The notes beneath the pieces are model-generated. The model searched no databases. It was not told the origin of the DNA and worked only from the letters and a program-made list of their open reading frames with translations. Of a stretch of 64,000 nt of DNA, positions 1 through 8,980 are shown piece by piece. Position 1 is the first letter of the stretch. Every line of letters begins with the position of its first letter. The position numbers were made by a program, and so were the translations under genes. Location of the stretch: NCBI GenBank assembly GCA_902634185.1, contig CACPJC010000001.1, positions 1 through 64,000 of the forward strand, given 5' to 3'. Origin of the DNA: an uncultured Candidatus Actinomarina sp. GTDB lineage: Bacteria > Actinomycetota > Acidimicrobiia > Actinomarinales > Actinomarinaceae.

Positions 1-2
1 AT

Positions 3-572
3 AATATGGATGGACTTGCCGTAGTTGTCTCTTCAGCTATATGTATACAGATTGCGGTCTTAACAAATTATTTAAACCAGTATAAGTTAACAGATATTTC
101 TATTCTTCTACTTTGTGCAATTGGAGGTTTTTTATTTTTCAATTTCCCACCTGCAAAACTATACTTTGGGGATTCTGGAAGTTTATTTATAGGTTTTTGT
201 CTAGGATTTATGAGTATTATTTATAATTGGGTCCCAGAAGATGTTACTGTTTATTCAACTACACTCAGCCCAATATTGTTAGTATTTTCAGTTCCCTTGA
301 TAGATTTTCTTGTTGTTGTTACCTACAGAATTAGTATTGGTAAATCACCTACTATCGGTGGAACAGACCATATCTCACATAGATTACTTGCAAAAGGATT
401 TTCTGAAAAAACCGTTCTTGCAATATTTCTAATTTATAGTCTTGGAACATTTTTATTAATTTATCTATCAATTTTTACTTCAACCCAATTATCTCTTTTA
501 ATTATTGGAGTTTTATTTACTGTTTATTTTCTAACTTACTTAATTTCGATAAGATTGAAGGTTTTAACTTAA
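3..572 (+). CDS. MraY/WecA-family glycosyltransferase (GT family 4 membrane phosphotransferase), 5'-truncated by window edge
   Basis: NMDGL, FNFPPAKLYFGDSGS and DHISHRL motifs; multi-TM; frame open to window start. Confidence 0.9.
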   Translation, partial: NMDGLAVVVSSAICIQIAVLTNYLNQYKLTDISILLLCAIGGFLFFNFPPAKLYFGDSGSLFIGFCLGFMSIIYNWVPEDVTVYSTTLSPILLVFSVPLIDFLVVVTYRISIGKSPTIGGTDHISHRLLAKGFSEKTVLAIFLIYSLGTFLLIYLSIFTSTQLSLLIIGVLFTVYFLTYLISIRLKVLT

Positions 573-1295
573 CTTTTCTTCGAGTTCAATAATTCTTTCA
601 GGAGTTCCTGCATCGATCCACCAGCCATTTATATTTAAGTTCATACATTTATTTTCTGAAACAAAAATATTGCATAAATCTGTAATTTCATATTCTCCCC
701 TGGCAGATGGCTCTAAAGTATCAATCTTATTAAAAACAGAATTATCAAACATGTATAAACCCACAACGGCATCATTCGATTTAGGATTTGTTGGCTTTTC
801 CTCAATTGAAAGAACCTTTCCGTCAATATCCATCTCAGCTACTCCAAATTCCTCTGGGTTTTCTACTTCAGTTGTGAATATACATGCCCCTTCATGAAAA
901 TTTTTGAAATCAAAATTATTAAATGGACTATTTTCAAAAAAGTTATCGCCTAAAACAAAAAATATTTTCTCATTTTCATCTACATAATCTTTTGCTTGAT
1001 ATAAAGCATGTGATATCCCTTTTGGTTCATCTTGAATAGTAAATTCTATTTCTAAATCTTTAAATTCACCAAGAGTAACTTCTTGTATCATATTGAAGTA
1101 TTCCGGGTTAGTTATAATTACAAATTTTCTCATTCCCCAGTTAACAAGTTGAGAAATCTGTCGATTTATCATGGGGGTTCCATTTACATCTAAAAGTATT
1201 TTTGTAGATTTATTTCCTCTAAATTCTTGCAATCTTGTTCCAAGGCCACCTGCGGCAATAATACATTTGATATTTTCCACAACTAAAGAATACAT
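564..1295 (-). CDS. Sugar-phosphate nucleotidyltransferase (RmlA-like glucose-1-phosphate thymidylyltransferase)
   Basis: AAGGLGTRL, LGDN, EEKP, SARGEYEITD, WIDAGT motifs. Confidence 0.88.
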   Translation of the reverse strand: MYSLVVENIKCIIAAGGLGTRLQEFRGNKSTKILLDVNGTPMINRQISQLVNWGMRKFVIITNPEYFNMIQEVTLGEFKDLEIEFTIQDEPKGISHALYQAKDYVDENEKIFFVLGDNFFENSPFNNFDFKNFHEGACIFTTEVENPEEFGVAEMDIDGKVLSIEEKPTNPKSNDAVVGLYMFDNSVFNKIDTLEPSARGEYEITDLCNIFVSENKCMNLNINGWWIDAGTPERIIELEEKLS

Positions 1296-1321
1296 AGTTA
1301 TATTATGTAATTTGGTATTGT

Positions 1322-2443
1322 ATGAAAATTTTTAATAAATATACTTATCTATTTCTAGGAATACTTGTTATCGCAACAATAGTAATTTTAAATTTTATCC
1401 CAAATCTAGAGACTGAAGAATTTGATCAAGAAGTCATTGATGACATTATAGAGGGTGTTACCACTACAACAATTGAGGAAAATAGTGAACAAAATACTCA
1501 AGAGTCTATTTCATCCTTAGATGAATTAGTTTTGACAGAGGAAGAAATATCAGATATTGATAAAGTTCTCGTATTTAATGAGTTTGAAAAGGAAATAACT
1601 AATTTTGATGTGTATCTATTGATTGGATCAGATGAAAGATCTGCAGAGATTGCCTTAACAAGGGGTGAAGTAACAGGAAAGCGAGCAGATGTAATTATTC
1701 TTGGGCTTGTTGATAAATCATCAAAAGAAATTACTCTACTTTCTTTTCCACGTGATCTACTAATAAAAAATAATTGTACAGGGAAATTAGAGAGGATTAA
1801 TGCAGCGTATAGTAAAAATGGATGTGGGGGCAGAGCAGAAAATTTAGCTGCAGCCATATATAGCATTTCTGGAATACGAGTTACAAATTTTGCAAGCTTT
1901 GACTTTGAAGGCTTTGAGGAAATTATTGACTCAGTAGATGGTATCGAAATTTGTGTTGATAAGACTCAACGTGAGGGATTTAGCTTTGAATTACAAGAAG
2001 GATGTCAGACAGTTAATGGACTTACTACTTTGAACTGGGTTGTTTCACGATCAACTGAAGAATTAGTAGGTGAAAAAATTATTGATAATGAAGGAAATGA
2101 TATATCTGAGTGGAAACCTATGCCTGGAGTTAGTGATCTTACAAGAATTGATAGGCAGCAATATGTTGTAATGCAACTAATCAATGAGCTAAAAGAATTT
2201 GAATCAGTAAATGAACTCAATTCTTTTATAAAAGCGTTGGAAAACTCATTTATTATCGATGAAAATTTATCGATAAATAAAGCAGTCGAACTTCTATGGA
2301 CTTTCAGAAATATTGATTTAAGTAATGTCCAAAAATTTACAACACCTGTCGATTACTTAACATTAAATGATGGAAGGCAAGTATTAGTTCTAAACGATAC
2401 AATTCACAATTTTTTGAAAAAAAATTCAGTTATTGACTCTTAG
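1322..2443 (+). CDS. LCP (LytR-CpsA-Psr) family glycopolymer ligase
   Basis: N-terminal TM; GSDER, RADVIIL, SFPRDL, RINAAY, DLTRIDRQQ motifs. Confidence 0.92.
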   Translation: MKIFNKYTYLFLGILVIATIVILNFIPNLETEEFDQEVIDDIIEGVTTTTIEENSEQNTQESISSLDELVLTEEEISDIDKVLVFNEFEKEITNFDVYLLIGSDERSAEIALTRGEVTGKRADVIILGLVDKSSKEITLLSFPRDLLIKNNCTGKLERINAAYSKNGCGGRAENLAAAIYSISGIRVTNFASFDFEGFEEIIDSVDGIEICVDKTQREGFSFELQEGCQTVNGLTTLNWVVSRSTEELVGEKIIDNEGNDISEWKPMPGVSDLTRIDRQQYVVMQLINELKEFESVNELNSFIKALENSFIIDENLSINKAVELLWTFRNIDLSNVQKFTTPVDYLTLNDGRQVLVLNDTIHNFLKKNSVIDS

Positions 2444-4411
2444 AGAATTGGAAATGAAATAAATCGGAATTAACCAAAAGTAAATTCCAACATCTGGTGC
2501 ATATACGAGGTCATTTGTAAGGTTTTGTGCAATTAGCATTAATAACAAAGCAATTTCGAATCCAAATATTCTTTTAAAGTTTTTAATTAAAGAATATGCA
2601 ATTAAAAATATAATTATCAAAACTGGGAATAGGCCATATTCAACAGACATAGTTAAAAAGCCATTATGCGAGGTTGTAATCTCATCATATTGGGATAATG
2701 AGAAATCAGAAATTACAGAATCAAATACTCCATTTTTTGAAATTAGTTTTCCAGATCTCAGACTCTGTCCCCCTACAAAATTTGAGTATCCGGATGTTAC
2801 ATTTTCAATCCAAAAAAAATACATCCTACCATCAATAATTGACCACTTCCAAGACTGATCATTAAATTCCTCATTAAGTCTTAAGATTGAACTTTGACTA
2901 AATAATGTTTCATGACCCTTTGGAACTGATTGAAGATTTAATTCAAGAGTTACCTCAAAATCTTTTCCAGATAAATTCACTTCATTTGGCAAAGCAACCC
3001 AATAACTTCTTGGTCTTTCAAGTCTTATAGAACTACCATTGTATTCAACTTGACTTTCATACTGATTTTTATTTAATGGAGTGAGTAATAAATAATCAAT
3101 ATCTCTGTTTTCTTTTGTAAAGTTATATTCTCTTTTATAATTATCTGTCTGAATAATTGTCCTTTTAACAAATCCACTAAGGTATTGATCCCCAGGAGAT
3201 TGACCATCTCCCCATCCACCAACCTCAAAAAAAGAATCATTTTCAATTAAATCAATTATTACCCCACTTGTATGATCGGAACCTAATTGATTCCAATTTG
3301 AACCATCGTTTGAGTAATAAAAAGAAATGATTGATCTTGGTAACAAATTATCTTGATAATCAAACCTTAATTTAAGAAAGCCTTCAACAGGCATTGAAAT
3401 TTCATTTCCTGTAGAATCTAAAAATCTTGACCTTTCTTCTTCTGAATAGGTAATATTGAATTCATCAAAAAGTATATCCTCATCCAAAGTAACTAAATAT
3501 TCTTCATAAACGCTTTTAATATAGTTTCCACCTCCTGCGCCGACAAAACTTTCTGTATTTTTTGCTCCGAGGGAGTTAAGAAAAGACCTATTGGTTTCCT
3601 TAAGAAATATTCCTGGAAATGTGTAAATTGAAAAGATTACGATAAGACTAAGACTTGTCACAAAATAAGTTTTAATAGCCTTATCAATTTTTTCAGAAAA
3701 CATAATTAAAGTTAGTAAGCCAATAAATAATGCAAGATATGATCCTCTAGAAAATGTAAAAATTAGATTAATCAGGGATATAAAAAGCAAAGACGCGTTG
3801 AGTCTATCTTCAAGTAAAAAAGTTTTTATACTGCCAGAATTAATTAATTTGTGAACACATAGTAAACAATAAATTGCGCATATTATACCTATTACATTAG
3901 GGCCTCCTCCTTGAAAACCACCTAGTCTGCCAGATGCAAATGGATTTATACTATCAATATTGTTCAACACCCACCCATCAATTGTTCCAGGTAGTTGAAT
4001 TTGAAAAATTATAACTATGAAATTAGCCAACATCACAATACCTAAAGGTTCAAAAAGGTCGATAATTCGATTTTCATTTTTTTGAAGAAAATCTACACAC
4101 AAATAAGAGAGCATAAAATAAAAATAAAATCTTAAGTTAGTTTGATTAAATAATTTAAATTCGCTGACCAAAAAAGTTGTATAAATTACAAAGATTCCTA
4201 AAAAAGATAAAAATAAGATGTCAAATTTTTGTAAAGTAAAATTCTGTATTTTTAAAGTCAACAATACAAGAAAAATGACTATTAATGGGATATCTTCAAA
4301 GTTGATTCCAAGAAGATTAATACCAATGTTTTGTGGAATTAAAAGAGAAATTGCAAATACTGAACCTATTGTGCGAGAACTTAATTTACTCAATTTTTTG
4401 TTTTCACTCAC
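2426..4411 (-). CDS. O-antigen ligase/Wzy-like membrane protein with large extracellular insertion
   Basis: Multi-TM; GRLGG..GPN, TFSRGSYL and SHNGFL...EYG motifs; ~290 aa soluble insert; GTG start. Confidence 0.8.
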   Translation of the reverse strand: MSENKKLSKLSSRTIGSVFAISLLIPQNIGINLLGINFEDIPLIVIFLVLLTLKIQNFTLQKFDILFLSFLGIFVIYTTFLVSEFKLFNQTNLRFYFYFMLSYLCVDFLQKNENRIIDLFEPLGIVMLANFIVIIFQIQLPGTIDGWVLNNIDSINPFASGRLGGFQGGGPNVIGIICAIYCLLCVHKLINSGSIKTFLLEDRLNASLLFISLINLIFTFSRGSYLALFIGLLTLIMFSEKIDKAIKTYFVTSLSLIVIFSIYTFPGIFLKETNRSFLNSLGAKNTESFVGAGGGNYIKSVYEEYLVTLDEDILFDEFNITYSEEERSRFLDSTGNEISMPVEGFLKLRFDYQDNLLPRSIISFYYSNDGSNWNQLGSDHTSGVIIDLIENDSFFEVGGWGDGQSPGDQYLSGFVKRTIIQTDNYKREYNFTKENRDIDYLLLTPLNKNQYESQVEYNGSSIRLERPRSYWVALPNEVNLSGKDFEVTLELNLQSVPKGHETLFSQSSILRLNEEFNDQSWKWSIIDGRMYFFWIENVTSGYSNFVGGQSLRSGKLISKNGVFDSVISDFSLSQYDEITTSHNGFLTMSVEYGLFPVLIIIFLIAYSLIKNFKRIFGFEIALLLMLIAQNLTNDLVYAPDVGIYFWLIPIYFISNSLRVNN

Positions 4412-4413
4412 TG

Positions 4414-4487
4414 TGGGCCCGGCAGGACTCGAACCTGCGACCGACGGATTATGAGTCCGTTGCTCTAACCAACTGAGCTACAGGCCC
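4414..4487 (-). tRNA. tRNA-Ile2/Met (CAT), most likely lysidine-type Ile2
   Basis: GGGCCTGTAGCTCAG...ACGGA-CTCATAA-TCCGT...GGTTCGAGTCC...GGGCCCA cloverleaf; not initiator-like. Confidence 0.92.
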
Positions 4488-4492
4488 AAATG

Positions 4493-4783
4493 TTAATTTA
4501 TTACTGATTGAAGCTTGAGTGCTATTCCCATATCACCCTCTACTTTTAACTTACCTGTCATGAAAGCTGCTTGAGGACTTACGGATTTATCGTACATTCC
4601 TTTAAAAGTTTCCATATCGGTAGTTATTGTGCAGGCTGCTTCAGCGTCATCATCAGTTATTTCACCATTATCTGGATTCATAAATACTATTTGTGAATCT
4701 ACAACCCATTTAATTGATCCTGGCAGAACACTAAGATCTTTTCCTTCAGCATTTTGTTTTACAAAATCTAAAGCTTCTGACAT
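4493..4783 (-). CDS. SCP2 sterol/lipid-binding domain protein
   Basis: PQAAFMTGKLKVEGDMGIALKL motif; GAGGAGG RBS before ATG at 4783. Confidence 0.88.
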   Translation of the reverse strand: MSEALDFVKQNAEGKDLSVLPGSIKWVVDSQIVFMNPDNGEITDDDAEAACTITTDMETFKGMYDKSVSPQAAFMTGKLKVEGDMGIALKLQSVIN

Positions 4784-4842
4784 ATTCCTCCTCTTCAAAG
4801 GTAATTATAGACTAGTTATTGATAGATACTTAGAAAATTTTG

Positions 4843-4915
4843 CTCCGAGGGTGGGACTTGAACCCACAACCAACGGATTAACAGTCCGCTGCTCTGCCAA
4901 TTGAGCTACCTCGGA
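4843..4915 (-). tRNA. tRNA-Asn (GTT)
   Basis: TCCGAGG acceptor stem, CTGTTAA loop, GGTTCAAGTCC T-arm. Confidence 0.95.
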
Positions 4916-4938
4916 TAGCAAATTAATAATAGTATGTA

Positions 4939-6570
4939 TTAAAGAGTATTCTGATAAAATTCTATTTTCTTTTTGAGACCTTCTAGGTCCTCTAACAGGG
5001 TTAAGTCATTAGACTCATCCATTTCTTTAATTAAATTTTCAATTTTTATATCTGAGTAATAAATATAAAGCCTGGCTACAGACTCTTTAAGTTGGGTATC
5101 AGAATAAGAAATATTTTCATACTTTTCGAATTCATTACTATTTTTATTAGCTTTAAGCTCATCAATTAATGTTTTAAATTCAAGATTTAAATTAATTAAA
5201 AAGTCAAGATCCTCTTCAATATCAAAATCTTTTTTTATTATTTCCGCAATTAAAATATCTTGGAACGTTTCAATATGTCTTGTTTGTCTTGAAGAATTTT
5301 CATTTTGGGATAATGGCTCATTGTCTGACTGATAATTTAATTCATTAATTAATACCTCTTTAGTAATACCTATTTTTTTACTCAGATATCCAATAGCTAG
5401 ATCTTTCTCTAATGGACTTAGGAAACTTGATATATGTTTAAATTCTTGAAAAGTTTTTTTTGTATTGTCTGTATCAATTATTTTATTGATACAAAATTCA
5501 ACTAGATCTTCCTTTTCATTGATAATTTTATTGATATCACTAGGACCACTCTCATAAAGCTCTGAGATATCTTTAAACTCTTTAGGAAGATTTAATTTGA
5601 AAAAATTAATTTCTGATGGCTGATTATTTTTAATTTCAAGAACCCTTTTCGTGGCAGTATCTCCTGCTTCATCATTATCAAAACACAGGTAAATTTCTTT
5701 TGTATATCTAGAAAGTAAATTAATTTGTTGAACAGTTAAAGCAGTACCCGACGGTGATGCAACATTGTTAAACCCAAGTTTATTAAATGCAATTACATCA
5801 AAATATCCTTCAACTAAAATAACAAACTTTTTCTTTTTCAAATCCGATAAAAACTCACTTGTGAAATAGAGTGATCTGTTTTTTCGATAAATTGAAGATT
5901 CAGCTGTATTTATATATTTTGGACCAAAATCATCTAATGCTCTTCCACCAAAACCAACTGTTTCATTCCTTAAATTTGTTATTGGAAAAATTATTCTATT
6001 TTTAAATAAAAAATTCCCTCTTTCACTCAATAATCCAAGATTTTTTAGATCAGTTTTTGTTAGATTGTTTTTTTTAAAAAACTCATTTGTACTTTTTTCA
6101 TCTTTTTCTGCATAGCCAATTCTAAATTCTTTTATATCTGTTCCATCTAAAGTTCTCGACTTTAAATAATCTATTGACTCAGAGCTTTTACCTTCTTTCA
6201 TATTGTTAATAAAAAAATTATGAATTTTACTCATTGATCCAATAAGATTTTTTTGGTCACTCTCGAACTTTGAATCGGTGTATGTGAGATTAAATCCATA
6301 CTTTTCAGCAGCAATCTCAACTGATTCTTGAAATTCAACATTATTTATCAATTGAATGTATTTATAAATATCTCCACCCTCTTTACAGCCAAAACAATGA
6401 AACAAATTTTCTTCATCTGTAAAACTCATGCTTGCAGTTTTTTCACCATGAAAAGGGCAAAGAGCCATACCTTTATTACCTCTTAATTTTCCAGTTGTAG
6501 AACTGAGAATAAAATCACTTATTTTAGATCTATTTCTTAAGTCGTCGATTGATTGTTTTGAGATTCCCAT
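4939..6570 (-). CDS. dnaG: DNA primase
   Basis: CPFH...CFGC zinc finger, GFGGR, PKYIN, EGYFD, DNDEAG TOPRIM. Confidence 0.97.
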   Translation of the reverse strand: MGISKQSIDDLRNRSKISDFILSSTTGKLRGNKGMALCPFHGEKTASMSFTDEENLFHCFGCKEGGDIYKYIQLINNVEFQESVEIAAEKYGFNLTYTDSKFESDQKNLIGSMSKIHNFFINNMKEGKSSESIDYLKSRTLDGTDIKEFRIGYAEKDEKSTNEFFKKNNLTKTDLKNLGLLSERGNFLFKNRIIFPITNLRNETVGFGGRALDDFGPKYINTAESSIYRKNRSLYFTSEFLSDLKKKKFVILVEGYFDVIAFNKLGFNNVASPSGTALTVQQINLLSRYTKEIYLCFDNDEAGDTATKRVLEIKNNQPSEINFFKLNLPKEFKDISELYESGPSDINKIINEKEDLVEFCINKIIDTDNTKKTFQEFKHISSFLSPLEKDLAIGYLSKKIGITKEVLINELNYQSDNEPLSQNENSSRQTRHIETFQDILIAEIIKKDFDIEEDLDFLINLNLEFKTLIDELKANKNSNEFEKYENISYSDTQLKESVARLYIYYSDIKIENLIKEMDESNDLTLLEDLEGLKKKIEFYQNTL

Positions 6571-7859
6571 TACATATTGTCAAAATAGCTTTTTATATCT
6601 TCGATTTTAATTCTCTCTTGTGACATACTATCTCTATCTCGTACAGTTACAGCCTTGTCTTCTAATGTGTCAAAATCTACAGTTATACAATAAGGAGTCC
6701 CAATTTCATCCTGTCTTCTATAGCGTTTCCCAATAGATTGAGTTACATCAATTTCTGTTCTGAAATATGGACCCAGTTCAGATTTAATAGAATTACATAC
6801 TTCGATTAATTCATCTTTTTTACTTAATGGCAGAATCCCAATTTGAATTGGAGCGAGGTCAAATTTAAATTTAAATAGAGTTCTTACCTCTTTTTCTAGT
6901 TCTTCTTCTTCATACAATGAAAGTAAAACCGCAAATAAAGTACGAGTAAGGCCTCCAGCAGGCTCGATAACAGATGGAGTAAATTTGTTATCACTATTTG
7001 GATCAAAATATCTCAAATCCTTACCACTACTTTCTTGATGAGCATTCAAATCGTAATTACCTCTATTGGCAATTCCTTCAAGTTCACCCCATCCCCAAGG
7101 ATATTCAAACTCAATATCTGATGTTTTCTTCGCATAATGAGCTAGTTCAGATACATCATGTTCTCTTATTCTTAATTTATTTTCAGGAATACCCAGGTTT
7201 TTGTACCAATTAAGTCTATTTTCAATCCAATAATCAAACCATTTGTCCTCTTCACTCTCATCACAAAAGAATTCAATCTCCATTTGTTCAAACTCTCTTG
7301 TCCTAAAAATAAATTGTCCAGGTGTAATTTCGTTTCTAAATGACTTTCCAATATTTCCAATTCCAAAAGGTATTTTTGCTCTCATTGTTCTCAAAACATT
7401 TTCAAAATTTACAAATATACCTTGTGCAGTTTCTGGTCTTAAATAAACAGTTGAGTTTTCATTTTCAACCGGGCCAATGTTAGTCTGAAACATCAAGTTG
7501 AATTGACGTGGTTCCGTTAAGTCCTCCTTCTTAATATGATCTGGTACCTGATCAGCTCTAAATCTTTCACCTGTAGGTTTATGGTCAACCATTGGATCGG
7601 TAAATTCACCTACGTGACCCGATGCTTTCCAAACATCGCTTGATTGTATAATCGCAGTATCTATTGGATAAATTTCAACTTCTAAATTGCTGATACTTTT
7701 CCACCACATCTTTTCTATGTTATTTTTAAGAAGTACTCCTAATGGGCCGTAATCATAAGAACTTCTTAATCCTCCATAAATAGATGAAGCATTAAATACA
7801 AATCCTCTTGATTGAGCAATTTTTACAACCTTATCAAATATTTCTTCAGGCATTTCCAT
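6570..7859 (-). CDS. glyQS: Glycine--tRNA ligase (alpha2 type)
   Basis: LRPETAQG, FRNEITP, FRTREFEQME, IGKRYRRQDEIGTP. Confidence 0.97.
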   Translation of the reverse strand: MEMPEEIFDKVVKIAQSRGFVFNASSIYGGLRSSYDYGPLGVLLKNNIEKMWWKSISNLEVEIYPIDTAIIQSSDVWKASGHVGEFTDPMVDHKPTGERFRADQVPDHIKKEDLTEPRQFNLMFQTNIGPVENENSTVYLRPETAQGIFVNFENVLRTMRAKIPFGIGNIGKSFRNEITPGQFIFRTREFEQMEIEFFCDESEEDKWFDYWIENRLNWYKNLGIPENKLRIREHDVSELAHYAKKTSDIEFEYPWGWGELEGIANRGNYDLNAHQESSGKDLRYFDPNSDNKFTPSVIEPAGGLTRTLFAVLLSLYEEEELEKEVRTLFKFKFDLAPIQIGILPLSKKDELIEVCNSIKSELGPYFRTEIDVTQSIGKRYRRQDEIGTPYCITVDFDTLEDKAVTVRDRDSMSQERIKIEDIKSYFDNM

Positions 7860-8544
7860 ACTTTCTTACTCTATTCTGAAATTCATCAACGGCCGAATCT
7901 AATTCTTTTTCATCAAAATCAGGCCATAGAGTATCCACAAACATAAGCTCAGTGTAGCTTAATTGATAGAGAAGAAAATTACTTACTCTCTTCTCCCCTG
8001 CTGTGCGTATTAATAAATCTGGGTCTGGCATTTCAGGTAATAATAAATTAGCTCGAAATGATTCTTCGTCTAATTGATCAATAGAATTTTTATTTAATTT
8101 TGTATAAGCATCATGAATTTCTTTTCTTGAACCATAGTTAAATGCAAATACAAGATTCAACTTTTTATTATTCTTGGTCAATTGTTCAGTTTCATTCATC
8201 AGAAATTTATTTTCATCAGGAATTCTATTGTCTTCTAAATCACCAATAAAATGAAATCGAACACCCTTATCATTAAATTCTTGTCTTCTCCTGATTAAAA
8301 TATCACGATTAAAAAACATTAAAAAATCAACTTCATCTTCAGACCTTGACCAATTTTCAGTTGAAAAAGCATAAACTGTCAGCCATTGCAGATTGTTTTT
8401 AAGTGCCCAATCAATTGAACGTGAAAGGGAGAATTCACCAGCAGCATGTCCTGCTGTTCTCTCTAATCCCTGGTTGGTTGCCCATCTACCATTACCATCC
8501 ATAATTATGGCAATGTGATTAAGATTTATATCTTTAAGATTCAT
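7846..8544 (-). CDS. uppS: Polyprenyl diphosphate synthase (cis-prenyltransferase)
   Basis: HIAIIMDGNGRWA, FSTENWSR, PDLLIRTAGEKRVSNF. Confidence 0.96.
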   Translation of the reverse strand: MNLKDINLNHIAIIMDGNGRWATNQGLERTAGHAAGEFSLSRSIDWALKNNLQWLTVYAFSTENWSRSEDEVDFLMFFNRDILIRRRQEFNDKGVRFHFIGDLEDNRIPDENKFLMNETEQLTKNNKKLNLVFAFNYGSRKEIHDAYTKLNKNSIDQLDEESFRANLLLPEMPDPDLLIRTAGEKRVSNFLLYQLSYTELMFVDTLWPDFDEKELDSAVDEFQNRVRKYGNA

Positions 8545-8977
8545 TCCAAATTTTCTTCATAAGTTTTGATTCATACGTCTTTAATTTGTCATTTTTTTCA
8601 TGTGAGTAACCAATTAAATGTAAAAGCCCATGAATTACAATATATTGTAGTTCTTCAACAAAATCTTTATCGTAGATTTCTGCATTCTTTTTAATAACAT
8701 TTCGACAAATGAACATGTCACCCATATCTTCATGCATACTTTCATCTAATTGATTTATAGCTTCAATGTCGTTGTATAAAGGAAAAGACAAAACATCTGT
8801 TGGCTTGTTTGTATTAAACGTTTTTTGATTTAATTTTTTTGATTCACTTTCATTTAGAGAATGAACCGTAAAATGAAAATTTCTTGATATTTTGAAATTC
8901 TCGGAAAAAATTTTTACAGCCTGGGTTACTTTTAATTTTTCATTTTTATAAAAATAACCGTTAAAAACAATTTTCAA
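8534..8977 (-). CDS. ybeY: rRNA maturation RNase YbeY
   Basis: PTDVLSFP and HGLLHLIGYSH. Confidence 0.95.
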   Translation of the reverse strand: MKIVFNGYFYKNEKLKVTQAVKIFSENFKISRNFHFTVHSLNESESKKLNQKTFNTNKPTDVLSFPLYNDIEAINQLDESMHEDMGDMFICRNVIKKNAEIYDKDFVEELQYIVIHGLLHLIGYSHEKNDKLKTYESKLMKKIWNES

Positions 8978-8980
8978 TAT

